64,000 bases of DNA from Octopus vulgaris (GCA_951406725.2 OX597825.1:23064001-23128000); one strand, 5' to 3'; positions 41,966 through 56,700 are shown, counted from the stretch's first letter. Made by a program: numbers and translations. Notes: generated from the letters alone by a model not told the origin.

Positions 41966-42020
41966 TATCTTAAGATATCGTGTTTTGTAACTGAAATTAC
42001 ATTACACTCATCAGAAGACG
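41966..42020 (-). ncRNA. Decayed hammerhead (GAAA lost)
   Basis: gtctt [CTGATGA] gtgt-aa-tgtaat-ttca-gttaca-aa-acac gatatc [TT] aagat. Stems I and II are intact and palindromic GATATC is present, but GAAA is missing. Confidence 0.5.
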
Positions 42021-42062
42021 CACACCTGCGATACATACATACAGAAATACATATATATATAT

Positions 42063-42143
<81 letters not shown>

Positions 42144-42363
42144 TGTTTGTATGTATGTATGTACATATATATATGTGTGTGTGTGCGTGTGTGTATAGGC
42201 GCAGGCGTGGCTGTGTTGTAAGAAGCTTGCTTTCCAACCACATGGTTCTGGGTTCAGTCCTACAGCGTGGCACCTTGGCCAAGTGTCTTCTGCGACAGCC
42301 TTCAGCCGACCAAAGCCTTGTGAGTGTATTTGGAAGATGTAAACTGAAACAAGTCCGTTGTAT

Positions 42364-42419
<56 letters not shown>

Positions 42420-43199
42420 GATGTGTATATACATGTTATACATGTGTGGGTGTGCGTGTATTATCTTTGACGTTTAACTTGGTTCAGTCCATTAACTGTG
42501 GGCATGCTGGGGCACCGCCTTGAAGGGGTTTAGTCGAATAAATCAACCCAGGACTTACTTTTTTAAGCCTGGTAGTTATTTTATTCTATCGTCTTTTGTC
42601 GAACTACTGAGTGGCGTGGACATCAACACACCAACACCGGTTGCCAAGCGGTTGTATGTGGCAAACACACACACAAAGATACACACGCAAAGTTACCAAT
42701 CATGGATATATACATATATATATGTGTGCGTGTATTTATATACCCGACAGGCTTCTTTCAGTTTCCGTCTTCCAAATTCAATCACAATCCTTTGGTCGGT
42801 TCGAAGCTTTAGTAGAAGACACTTTGTCCAAGGTGCCACGCAATGGGAGTGAACCCGGAACCATGTGGTTGAGAACCATCGTCAAAATTTATAACAGTGT
42901 TTATTTTATCGATTGTGATTATATTTGAGAGACCCTCATTAGTCACATCGAATTTTTCCAGTGTTCAACTTGGATTTTCTCTGATACATTTAAATAAAAT
43001 ATTGGCTCATCCATCACTGATCACATTTTCCGTATTTAAACATATTGGTGGTAGTATTTTGAAGGTGGGCCGAGATATGAGTCAAGATTAAATTAAAACT
43101 AATTTCTATTCAAATTAACAATGTCTGCATTCTTTACGTCTTGTTATCAATGTCTTTCGATTTTTTAAAATTTTGTTTTTATTTCAGTTCAGACAACTT

Positions 43200-43418
43200 T
43201 TTTACTCTTTTATTTGCCTCAGTTATTTGACTGTAGCCATGCTGGAGCACCGTCTTTTAGTTGAACAAAATTGACCCCAGGACTCTTTCTTTGCAACCCT
43301 AGTACTTATTCTATCAATCTCATTGGCCTAACCGCAAAGTTACGCGAACATAAACACACCAACATCTGTTGTCACTTGATGGTGGGGATGGGACACAAAC
43401 AGACACACACACACACAC

Positions 43419-43456
<38 letters not shown>

Positions 43457-44695
43457 TATACGACGGGCTTCTTTCAGTGTCCGTCTACCAAATCCGATCA
43501 CAAGGCTTTCGTCGGCCCGCAGCTTTAATAAAAGACACTTGTCCAAGATGTCACGCAGTCGGACTGAACCCTGATCCATCTTGTTGGTAAGCAACCTACT
43601 TTATTTCATAAATTGGCCATACAGCCTTACAAAGATAAGGCTGCGGGATGGACAAAGACACGGATGACGATGAAATAAAGATCAAGAAAAGATGGTTGGT
43701 GGGGGAAGCAGACAACGTCTGCCGACTGCTACTTCCCGAAAACATTGTTCTCTTTTTCTCAATAACACAAAAATGATGTATTGAACCTTTTACCAAAGTT
43801 CAAAGAATGGACGTTGAGGTGCTGAGCCTCTTACCAAAAAATAAATTCAAATTTCAAATCGAGGCACTAAGGCCTCTTACCTTTCCTCCCCTACTAGGCA
43901 ATATGCCTCCCGCAGGCAATCCTGCAGTTCTAAATCGGAGCTCTAGAAAGCAAAACTGTATAGGCCCTTGGGAAAGAAGTCCTTCACCCTGAACATATCA
44001 TCCTCCATTATGACCTCTACAGTTACCTGCGGAGGACAATCCGGGTCTTCAGTCCAGGACAGGACTCCCTCCCTACGGCCCTCTAGCTTCTTCACAAAGC
44101 TCCGTACATCCCCTCCCTTATGAGAGATCACGAAATCATCCTTCATCCTAATGGGAAGGGTCACAGTTTCCTCCATCCGTGGCACAAATTCCACCGACGA
44201 GGTTTCAGGACATGCCGGCAGTGTACTACTAACCACCGTTAATGTTCGATTCTTCTTTTTTTCTCCCTTGTGCTACGGGAGGGTGCAGTTCTTCCACTTT
44301 ATCCAGAGAATCTTCCCTCCCTCCCGCAGCCTTGGGGTGCTTCGTTGGGCAACCATTGTTGCCCACTTTCTTTCTTTTTTCCCATTTTTTCGAGGTCTCC
44401 ACCTGCTCGACAATCTCCATCTCTCCCTCTGAAGGAGGAGGTGGGGGTGCTACTTTTATTAACTGCTCCAGGACCCTACTGTGGTCCTGGGGACAGTTCT
44501 TCTTAATATGGCCCGGCTCCAGGCACAGGTGACACTTGGGAAGGGGGTCCCTCAAGTATCACTAGGTACCTGTAGCCGGCCATTTAAAAAAAATCTGGAA
44601 ATACCAAATCTTTAGCGGCTGAGTGGATCCATAGGGTCAAAACCGCTTTTGACCCCACCCAATCAGTCGCTCACCACACAGCCACTACTGACCTG
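43200..44695 (-). mobile_element. SINE family A copy split in its A-box by the 43600-44670 insertion
   Basis: Body 43200-43599 ends ...ggtaagcaacctac. The missing head tcaccacacagccactactg resumes at 44671. Confidence 0.8.
43600..44670 (-). mobile_element. Internally deleted Tx1/L1-like non-LTR element (ORF1 CCHC knuckle + 3' end)
   Basis: ORF 44229-44555 has CHLCLEPGHIKKNC (CX2CX4HX4C) followed by a Pro/Glu/Lys-rich tail. The 3' end is tgtaaggctgtatggccaatttatgaaataaa. No RT is visible. Confidence 0.6.
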
Positions 44696-44966
44696 TAAAC
44701 TTTTCTTTTTAAGTTTTCTTTAAGATTTCTTTCTTTGTGTTCTATGGAGTAATGGTAAACAAGCTAAACTCCGAATACAGCGATCCTGTATCGACTCTTG
44801 CTAGAAACCTTAGCGGTTTAAAGTTTTATATGTTAAAGCCTGACGGCGTGGCATACGTAGAAGCTTGGTCAAAGGTCTTCTTCTGTAGACCGGGCCTAAG
44901 GACTTGTGAGTGGGTTTGACAGATGGAAACTGAAAAAAGCCAGTCGTAAACACACACACACACACA

Positions 44967-45222
44967 TGTTATAATTATAACAGATCAGGATTCAAGTGAA
45001 TCGGGCACTTAAATGGTAAGGCTCCGAGTGGAGTCGTAAAGTAAAATGTATACACAACAAAAATGGAGGAATACGTATGCAGATACCAACGTACAGGCAG
45101 AAAGATATTCAGGTTACGAATACGATTAACTGAACCAGAATGAGTATATAAATAGCCCTGAGGCTAATCAAGAAACGCTGATTGTACTAAACGTACGGTC
45201 CATAATAAACGAATCTAATACA
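44967..45222 (+). mobile_element. Probable solo LTR inserted in the (CA)n of a family A SINE
   Basis: TGT...ACA termini, TATATAAATA at ~45145, AATAAA at 45204-45209 and caca on both sides. The SINE head (~44845-44947) and tail (~45250-45450) flank it. Confidence 0.65.
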
Positions 45223-46166
45223 CACACATGTACGGATCGAATACACACACGTGTCTTTGTGTTGATGTTCGTCTCCCGACACTATCTCACAACCGGTGTT
45301 GGTTTGTTTATAAACTCTTAAACAGTTCAGCATAAGCGACCAGTAAAATAATTACCAGGGTTAATAAACGATAAGTACTGCGGTCGGTTTGTCCTTCAAA
45401 CTGGTAGTCCGGCATTGCTGCAGACCAATTACTGAAACAAATAAAAGACAAGGCTGTTTATTTATTCATTTTTTTTTCTGTATGTTTTTTTGTTTTTTTG
45501 TTTTGTGTATTCTTATAAACGTTCAACGGACAGGTAGACTCCAACAATTTATTCCTCTTCAGCGTGAAATGACCAGCGATTTCTATTAAATTTAAACGGA
45601 AATCTGATTAACAAGCAAGCATAATTAACTCAGGCTCCTAAAACAAACAAAAAAATAACATACGCAAATAAAAATTAAAATAAACACATCAATAAAACCA
45701 ATGAATAAAACCAATATATAAATAATTCTTTAAATCCCAAAACTGGTATTGTATTAGGTTAGTCAGTTAACAGAAGAGAAGTGACAAGAGAAATAATTTA
45801 AATCACTGAGTTGATATCTAATTTTACACAAATATTGTATAAATAAGAGGAATGGTTCCTAAAAGATTAATGTTTAATGTTATTTTTCGTTACAGACTAA
45901 AATATCGATTATTCTAAACTAAAACATCAGGAATTTTTACAGCATTTTCTGTTGTTGTTGTTGTTATTTTATGTCGTTTTTATTTCTTCTGTTCTTCTTT
46001 TGTTTTAATTTTTGTCGTGTTCTTTGCTTGGCTTCTTTCTGTCATTATAATTTTGTTTGTTTGTTCAATTAACTTGGCTTAGCATGATGACTTAGAGTTT
46101 CAAAATAAAATACACATAAAATACATACATATATAAAAATATACATATATATATATTTACACACAT

Positions 46167-46258
<92 letters not shown>

Positions 46259-46564
46259 ACGGCACAAACGAAGAAATCGGCAAAGAAATTAGAAGCGACA
46301 CTGACAAAATATTTTTTTTCTAGAAGAAGTATAAAGAATCTCGATCGAATAACCGCAGACTTAAAATCCTCTTCGTAGGATTTAGCGGAGGGTGGTGGTG
46401 AATATAGACGATACAGGTTCAAATTTCCCCTTGAAATAAAATATCTTACGTCCGTCTTGACACCCACTCTGTAATTTTATCATTATTTTTTATCACCCAC
46501 TCTACATTACATTTTTCACACGAGCTCTTTCATTTGTCCATATATATACATATATATATATATA

Positions 46565-46728
<164 letters not shown>

Positions 46729-47060
46729 TAGATCGATAGATAGAGATATAGATATATATATACATACCTATATATATACATACATACACACATACACGCA
46801 CACATGCATACATGAATACATACACACATACATACATTATATATATAGTGAGATTCTTGAGATGAAGAGATGCACTCGCTTAGATACGTGCATCGACAAT
46901 TTTACAACACGCCAATGAAACCACCAGGAACTCTCTTAATTCAAAAAGTTTTGTTGGTTTGTAAATAGCTTGAACTCTCTTAAGACAGTTAAATAAATCT
47001 CAAAGAAAAGCATAGATAGATATGTATCTTTATTAGCCACACAGGGCTAGTGTCCAAAGC

Positions 47061-47164
<104 letters not shown>

Positions 47165-47222
47165 GCAGACAGACAGATAGATAGATAGGCAGACAGACAG
47201 ATAGATAGATAGGCAGACAGAC

Positions 47223-47253
<31 letters not shown>

Positions 47254-47645
47254 AAGATAGATACATACATACATACATACATACATACATAGACAGACAG
47301 ACAGACAAATACATACATACATACATACATACATACATACATACATACATACATACATACATACATACATACATACATACAAAAATCTTTAAAACTTTCC
47401 AGAAGTGTATCACTTAAGTGTGTATGAGTATGTCTAGACACGCAATTATATGCATGAGAATACATACACAAAACAAAATCTGCGCATATGCATACATACA
47501 GTAAGTTTGTATACATACATATCTAAATGCATACAAAAATATCCTGTTTTTGATGTTGAAATTCCAATGAAGGGGCCTCGGATCTAGGTTAGAATACGGC
47601 ACTTTCTATATTGGTAAGAAAGCTTGAAATAAAACTGAATAATGA

Positions 47646-48179
47646 CATACATAAATACACACATAAATACATTCATACGTACATACATACATACATAAAT
47701 ACATACATACATAAATACATACATACATACATACATACATAAATACATACATACATACATACATATATATATATACATACATACATATATACATACATAC
47801 ATACATACATAAATAAATACATACATACATACATACATACATACATACATACATACATGCATACATACATACATACATACATACATACATACATACATAC
47901 ATACATACATACATACATACATACACGTATAAATAAACTTCCGTATATAAATATATTGATGCATACATACATACATACATAAATAAATACATACATACAT
48001 ACATACATACATACATACATGCATGCATACATACATACATGCATACATACATACATACATAAATACATACATACATACATACGTACGTACGTACGTACAT
48101 ACATACATACATACATACATACATACATACATACATACATACATAAATACATACATACATACATACATGGGTATATATA

Positions 48180-48213
<34 letters not shown>

Positions 48214-48432
48214 CATACATACATACATAAATAAATACACACATACATACATACATACATACATACATACATGCATGCATACATACATACATACATACAT
48301 ACATACATACATACATACATACATACATGCATACATGCATACATACATACATGCATACATGCATACATACATGCATACATACATACACGTATAAATAAAC
48401 TTCCGTATATAAATATATTGATGCATACATAC
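47646..48432. repeat. (TACA)n array with a 462-bp higher-order duplication
   Basis: The unique spacer cacgtataaataaacttccgtatataaatatattgatgcatac occurs at 47924 and 48386. Confidence 0.85.
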
Positions 48433-49712
48433 ATTGATGCTTAAATATATATCAACATATGTAGGTGCACAAATACATTATATACACAGATATTCTTACA
48501 TTCACTTACATATTTACATGCATCAATCTATTCACCTACTCACCTATCCGTCAATGTACACATACACACACGCAGACATACACACATACACATAGACCTA
48601 CGCAGATATACACACAAATCGACACACGTCTTTAACATCCGTAATTACAACATATGGTATTACTATACTTTCTTCTACTTGTTTCAGTCATTTCACTGCG
48701 GCTATGCTGGAGCACAGCCCTTAGTCGTACAAATCGAATCCAGAAAATATTCTTTGTAAGCCGAGTACTTAGTCTATCGGCCTCTTTTGTCGAACCGCCA
48801 GGTTACGGGGGCGTAAACACACCAACATCGGTTGTCAGCGATGTTGGGGGAGACAAACACAGACACACAAGTACGTACATATATATATATGAGTGTATGT
48901 GTGTGTATGTATATATATATACACTTTTACACGTTTCAGTCATTTGACTGCGGCCATGCTGGAGCGCCGCCCTTAGTCGACCAAATCGACCCCAGGACTT
49001 ATTCTTTGTAAGCCTAGTACTTATTCTATCGGTGTCTTTTGCCGAACCGCTAAGTTACGGGGAGGTAAACACACCAGCATCGGCTATCAAGCGATGTTGG
49101 GGGACAAACACAGACACAAACATATACGCACACATACATATATATGACGGGTTTCTTTCAGTTTCCGTCTACTAAATCCACTCACAAGGCTTTGGTCGGC
49201 CCGAAGCTATAACAGAAGCCACTTACCCAAGATGCGACGCAGTGGGACTGAACCTGGATCCATGTGGTTAGGAAGCAAGCTTGTTACCACACAGCCATGC
49301 CTACACCTACGTATGTAATGATTATAGTTTATGAAGTTAAATTATTCATCACATTACTTTAGTTAGCGCATCATTTACTGTATACTTAAAACTGGAATTG
49401 AAAAGGGACCAGGCGCAGTTGTTTAAACGCTCATAATTTGGTAGGACTGACTCGACATGGCGCTGAAGCAAATAGACTTTCACTCATGCGCGCTCGCACA
49501 CGCACGCACACGCACATACACACAGGTATACGCTTGCACGTGCGCACTGAAATATGCACACAGAGACAGAAAGAGAGAAAGGCGTAGAAAGACGTTATAG
49601 ATTATAAATTGAACACGATGGACATAAGCACTTTCCCTCTCCTCAGAGACATAAACAGAAATGTGCTCACGCATTTGGAGAAAGCGGTGGAGAGGGAGAC
49701 AGGGGTAGAGAA

Positions 49713-49958
49713 TGAGAGAGGGGTGGAGAGTGAGAGAGGGGTGGAGAGCGAGAGAGGGCTGTAGAGCGAGAGAGGGCTGGAGAGCGAGAGAGGGCTGGAG
49801 AGCGAGAGAGGGCTGGAGAGCGAGAGAAGGCTGGATAGCGAGAGAGGGGTGGAGAGCGAGAGAGGGGTGGAGAGTGAGAGAGGGGTGGAGAGCGAGAAAG
49901 GACTAGAGAGCGAGAGAGGGCTGGAGAGCGAGAGATGATGGAGAGCGAGATGGGTGGA
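49713..49958. repeat. 18-bp purine-rich minisatellite (gagagagggctggagagc)n
   Basis: About 13 tandem units seen directly. It explains the REGWRA ORF. Confidence 0.9.
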
Positions 49959-50386
49959 GAAGGAGTGACAATGAGAAAATCGTCAAAATGCCCAAGGTTA
50001 GAGAAGTCAGCGCCGAATCAGCGATGCTAAATAGGCAGCGCCGAAACGGCTGTAGCCAAAGGGCTGTGCTAACAGGGCTATGCCAAAATATCTCATACTC
50101 AGTCGTAGCTACGGTTATTGAATCTGGGGCATCGAAACTTAAATAAAAATACTTCTTAAAAATTGCAAACATCAACAACACTGGAAACGACAGAGTACGA
50201 ATCACAGTCCAGGTTGCAGGGTCTGGAACCACAGCGTATTAATCAAGGAGCGGTGGTACGCTCTGATGTTGGTAGTGTTATTTTAGAAAGCTGGTGTTCT
50301 TCTAAGTTCTTTTGAAATTTATGCATTAAAACTTGATAAATTTTAATTTATTGAAAAAAGATTGCCGATATGAATTTTTCCTCGTA

Positions 50387-50422
<36 letters not shown>

Positions 50423-50597
50423 CACATGTTATTATATGTATATCAGATGTTGTCTGGTAAAAACTTTTTAAATAAGGAAAAAGAAACTGTGATCGTATTT
50501 TTTTCATTTTTATGTTTTTTCTCAAAACTCTACATGTCCTCTCATTCACTATATGTAAGTAAAAGCACGCATATATACACAAACACACGTGTATGTG

Positions 50598-50628
<31 letters not shown>

Positions 50629-52177
50629 ATATATATACACATACATACATACATATATTTACACACACACATATATATGCATTCATACTCACAGACAAAC
50701 ATTCACTAAATACATGCATAAAAACAAATATACATACATATATATACCCATATATACATATATATATATATATAAATACATGCACAAATACATACCTATA
50801 GTCACGCACACCCACTTATACTTTACACGTACATAAAAACACCCATGCACACGCACTCGCACGTATACAGACGCATTTCTTTAATAACTGTATAATTACA
50901 AAGTATGATATAAATTTGTAATGAATATTTCAATGAATATGGATGAATATGGAATCCGAATATAAGCCGTTTGCTGAAAATCCTACACATTTGAAACAAC
51001 TTTGGAATTTTAAAACATGAGTTAAGGTATGTAATAAATCAATATTCATTTTCATAACAGCAACACCAACAGAATTACTAAAAATACACAGCATTAGAGC
51101 CTCTACGTGGACGCTTGATTTGCTGGAAGTAACAGTTACATCCTTCTTAAATTAAATACTGTTATTTTAGAAAATTGAAAACGTTTGTTTTCTTAAGTGT
51201 AGTTCTTTGCAGAGAAATAGACTGAACGGTTACAAATGAAGACATTTTTCTCATGGGGTAGTTGCTCTCCCTTTCCTGTTCGGTTTTATGTCTTCGTCTC
51301 TCCTTTTGCTGAACAAAACTATTGCTGAACAAATAACGATCCACCATGCGACAAAAAGAAACACATCTCGTCAATGCTTTAAGAATTGTCTAGTTTCTTG
51401 AAAAATTTGATTTAACTTCATATATTTGATCCGCGTCGAGCTGCCAGAAAGGCGGCGAGCTGGCAGAAACGTTAGCACGCAGGGCGAAATGCTTAGCGGT
51501 ATTTCGTCTGCCGTTCTGTTCTGAGTTCATATTCCGCCGAGGTCGACTTTGCCTTTCATCTTTTCGGGGTCGATAAATTAAGTACCAGTTACGCACTGGG
51601 GTCGATGTAATCGACTTAATCCCTTTGTCTGTGCTTGTTTGTCCCCTCTATGTTTAGCACCCTGTGGGCAATAAAGAAATATATATTTGATCCGCGTTAT
51701 GTCAGGCTGACGATTCCAAAAAGGATGAAATAGTACTATACATGGCCACCAACGAGTTAAAATTTTAATAACTGTGCAGAAAAAGAAATATGAAATGCTT
51801 TTATTCTGTATACTTTATTCTTTATTCTTTGATTTAAATTTCTAACTTTCAAACCCACATCAGCTTAACTTAATCTACAAAGGAATGTCTCCACCATGGT
51901 AGTTGATAATTTGAATGGTGACCTTATAAACACAGAAATGAAACATGATTTATAAAGCAAAACTTAATACTTGTAGTGTCATAGAGGTGTAAACAGCCTG
52001 AAGAACTCTAAATATACCTTTGTGTTTCCTAAGAGCGCTAGCAGTTGAAGTATAGGAAGAAAGCATCCAATGGAAATGGAAGAAAGATGGAATTATTCAG
52101 AAGTTTGCGGAATCTATGATGTTTGAAATAGGTAAGAGAGCAAACTCACTCCCGAGAAGGTACGAATTCTGCCACAC

Positions 52178-52272
<95 letters not shown>

Positions 52273-52279
52273 ACAACAG

Positions 52280-52350
<71 letters not shown>

Positions 52351-53284
52351 GAAAAACTTTAAGCAGTTAAATCGAAGGATATTATGTAAAGACCCTGAAG
52401 AAACTGCACCGGTATTATAGTAGGGCTGCAATTGCAACGGTTACTAACCAGTACAATTGAAACCTATGTAGGTCTATGTAAAGCTGTAAAGGCCATTTTT
52501 CCTCTGTCGGAGAGGCCAAGTCCATCGCAGAGTGACCTGTTTATAGCTGAGTGGACGGAGCTATGTTGAAATGATGTTGTTTGCTCAAGACCACAACACG
52601 CCGCTCAGGCCGGGAATCGAACTCATGATGAGTGCAAGACCCTAGCCACTAAGTCACGTGCCTTATTTTGCTAACGTTCACACACACACTCACACACATA
52701 CAAACACACACACGAACACATACACGTACTATATATTTCTTTACTACCTACAAAGGGGCTAAACACAGAGGGGACAAACAAGGACAGACAAACGGATTAA
52801 GTCGATTACGTCGACCCCAGTGCGTAACTGGTACTTAAATTATCGACCCCGAAAGGATGAAAGGCAAAGTCGACCTCGGCGGAATTTGAACCCAGAACAT
52901 AACGACAGACGAAATACGACTACGCATTTCGCCCGGCGTGCTAAGGACTCTGCCAGTTCGCCGCCTTACATACACGTACTATATACGTATGTGTGTCTGT
53001 ATATGTGTATGTATATATATATTTCTTTACTACCCACAAGGGGCTAAACACAGAGGGGACAAACATGGACAGACAAACGGATTAAGTCGATTACATCGAC
53101 CCCAGTGCGTATCTGGTACTTAATTTATCGACCCCGAAAGTATGAAAGGCAAAGTCGACCTCGGCGGAATTTGAACCCAGAACGTAACGGCAGACGAAAT
53201 ACGACTACGCATTTCGCCCGGCGTGCTAACGTTTCTGCCAGTTCGCCGCCTTACATACACGTACTATATACGTATGTGTGTGTC

Positions 53285-53320
<36 letters not shown>

Positions 53321-53328
<8 letters not shown>

Positions 53329-54324
53329 AATTAAGGACTGAACACGAAAAGTGGACAGTCAACATGCTAGATATAGACGTCAAATCGCCTTTCACCACAA
53401 AAGATTATGTTCTCAGATCAAACTCAACACAAAACCATAGCAATAAACAAGTGAAAAATATACGAAATAAAATAATTACCCATGTACTAACTTAGTTTCA
53501 GCTGTTATTTTCCGCAAGGAAAACTGCAGCCATCATCAACATGGTCCGTTATAAATGTAATTTGCTGGACTAGATGCAAACACGATACCGGAATATCGCG
53601 TGCATGGAGTTCAGCCTATTACATTTGAATATATCTTTCAAATGCCTTTACTTTGGCGCGTTGAAACCCGAGAAAACCAGCCTGCAGCTAATAATTAGCA
53701 GCAGTTAATTTATCGGTTAGAGAACATATTGGTATATATAAACATTTTAATCTTCGGATTCTTTTTTAATATGCTAGACCACTGGTCTTAATTGATAAGT
53801 ATCAATTTCTACCCTTAATTAATTTTATATAAATAAATATGTTCTCTAACCGATAAATTAACTGCTGCTAATTATTAGCTGCAGGCTGGTTTTCTCGGGT
53901 TTCAACGCGCCAAAGTAAAGGCATTTGAAAGATATATTCAAATGTAATAGGCTGAACTCCATGCACGCGATATTCCGGTATCGTGTTTGCATCTAGTCCA
54001 GCAAATTACATTTATAACGGACCATGCTGATGATGGCTGCAGTTTTCCTTGCGGAAAATAACAGCTGAAACTAAGTTAGTACATGGGTAATTATTTTATT
54101 TCGTATATTTTTCACTTGTTTATTGCTATGGTTTTGTGTTGAGTTTGATCTGAGAACATAATCTTTTGTGGTGAAAGGCGATTTGACGTCTATATCTAGC
54201 ATGTTAACTGTCCACTTTTCGTGTTCAGTCCTTAATTGGTATATATAAATATTTTAATCTTCGGATTCTTTTTTAATATGCTAGACCACTGGTCTTAATT
54301 GATAAGTATCAATTTCTACCCTTA

Positions 54325-54337
<13 letters not shown>
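53321..54337 (+). mobile_element. Non-coding hammerhead-bearing retroelement: 507-bp monomer + ~103-bp terminal redundancy, preceded by a ~410-bp inverted arm, in (TA)n
   Basis: 53728-53830 is directly repeated at 54235-54337. 53321-53730 is the near-perfect reverse complement of 53836-54245. Both flanks are (TA)n and there is no meaningful ORF. Confidence 0.88.
54022..54086 (+). ncRNA. Type I hammerhead ribozyme, canonical core
   Basis: ccatg [CTGATGA] t ggctg-cagttttcc-ttgc-ggaaaataa-cagct [GAAA] ctaa-g-ttag [TA] catgg. Predicted cleavage is after A54081. The mirror copy at 53480-53544(-) has TTGATGA (C3U). Confidence 0.85.
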
Positions 54338-54369
<32 letters not shown>

Positions 54370-54575
54370 CTTGTTTCAGTCATTTGACTGCGGCCATGCT
54401 GGAGCACCGCCTTTAGTCGAGCAAATCGACCCCGGAACTTATTTTTTGTAAGCCTAGTACTTATTCTATCGGTCCCTTTTGCCGAACCGCTAAGTAACGG
54501 GGACATAAACACACCAGCATCGGTTGTCGAGCAATGCTAGGGGGACAAACACAGACACACAAACACACACACACT

Positions 54576-54639
<64 letters not shown>

Positions 54640-55334
54640 GACAGGCTTCTTTCAGTTTCCGTCTACCAAATCCACTCACAAGGCATTGGTCGGCCCGGGG
54701 CTATAGTAGAAGACACTTGCCCAAGATGCCACGCAGTGGGACTGCACCTGGAACCATGTGGTTGGTTAGCAAGCTACTTACCACACAGCCACTCCTGTGA
54801 TATATATATATATATATATATCCACACATATATATTTGTCCATATTGATTGTTTTATTGACTGATTGATCGATTGATTCTGTGTTGTTTCACTCATATTT
54901 TTCTTCTTCCACGAATTGATTTTATTCAATAAAAAACAATTAGTGTTGCGGAGTTAGCAACTCATTAGTTTTATTCGGATTTACCATTCAATTCGTTCCA
55001 AATAATCTGTTTATGAAAGCGAGTGATTTGTTAGGATAAGCTTATGCTTGAATTGTATTGTACTGTACACGTTTATTAATCTCTTAATCTTCTTTGATCT
55101 TAAATACGACTGTGTAGGCGATTCTGAATTGTTAGACGTAAAACAAGGGAACAATACACGAATGATAGAATAAAAGAAAAATCTTGGGTATTTTTTTTTT
55201 TTGTTCTTTTCTTTTGTATTTTCCTTTTTGCTGAGAATAATGGTTATAATTTGTTTTAGGAATTGTTTAGGCCCGAGCTGAAAGTCTCAAGTGACAGATA
55301 AATAGTGCTGTTTCTGCTGTTGCTGCTGCTGCTG

Positions 55335-55423
<89 letters not shown>

Positions 55424-56344
55424 TCTACTACAACTACTACTACTACTATTACTACTACAACGTTATTCCCATTGATACTATACACAAATGCTAAACTTCT
55501 AGCCCACTAGCGCTACTGAAGCACCGCACAAGGTGTATAATAGCATAGGCCGTTGGAAGTTCTTCATTAATTATCCCAACCATCTCTAAGAGATTGTCTT
55601 CTTTTGCAATTGCATCTACAGTGGGATTCGATCTCGGGGAAAACAAGTTGATGAAACACTCCTTATATATGCATTGCTCCCTGGCAAAACGCTGCTCCGC
55701 TAATTGTGTGCTTCTTAAATTTCTTTAACATAAATACGATAGAGTGTTTACGATGGACTACTACAACTTTTTAAAACTGTTGTTGTTGTTGTTGTCGTCG
55801 TCGTCGTTGTTGTTCAGATTAAGGCGGTGAGCGGGCAGAATCATTGGGATGTTAGACAAAATACTTAGCGCCGCATTTTTCCTTTCGCTTTCACTTTCTG
55901 AATTCGAATGCTGCGGAAGATGTCTTTGCCTTTCGTCCTCCCGAGGTCGATAAAATAAGTACAGGTTTAGCACTGTGACCGACCTAATCAGCTTCCCCTC
56001 CTCTCAAAATTGCTGACCTTGTACCAATAGTAAAATAAAATCACTATTTCTCAGATACAGAATATCTAGACCTACGTTATCCAATGTAAAACTGCCTTTA
56101 AGGTCAGGATGACATGGCTGGAGCGATATTTGGTTTTTATTTACATAAGGTCGAAAGATCGTGTCCTGCCTTGTTTGTTGCCTCGTTTGCTGAAGTTTAA
56201 GACATACGTAAATATCGCTGAAGATACAGTTTGTGTAATATATATACACAGAACTGGACACTGTGTAAACTCAAACTAAATCAATAATTAGGTATTGCTC
56301 AGCTTCTTTTAATTTTAATTGGAATTTCGAGGCGATAGCGATGC

Positions 56345-56345
56345 T

Positions 56346-56414
<69 letters not shown>

Positions 56415-56700
56415 TCAGCAGCAGCAGCAGCAGTAGCAGCTGTAGGAGGAGGAGGAGGAATAGGAGGAGGAAGAGGAAGAGGAAGAGGGGGAGGAGGAGG
56501 AGGAAGAAGTAGAGGAGGAGGAAGAAGTAAAGGAGGAGGAGGAGGAGGAGGAATAGGAGGAGGAAGAGGAAGAGGAAGAGGGGGAGGAGGAGGAGGAAGA
56601 AGGAGAGGAGGAGGAAGAAGAAGAGGAAGAGGAAGAGAAGGAGGAGGAGGAGGAGAAGGAGAAGGAGAAGGAGAAGGAGAAGGAGCAACAGCAGCAGCAA
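56345..56700. repeat. Compound trinucleotide array (TAG, CAG, GGA/GAA)
   Basis: Seen directly. It explains the poly-L/P/G ORFs. Confidence 0.9.

Noticed and set aside
49712-49906. REGWRA repeat protein
   Set aside because: It is an 18-bp minisatellite with no other coding evidence.
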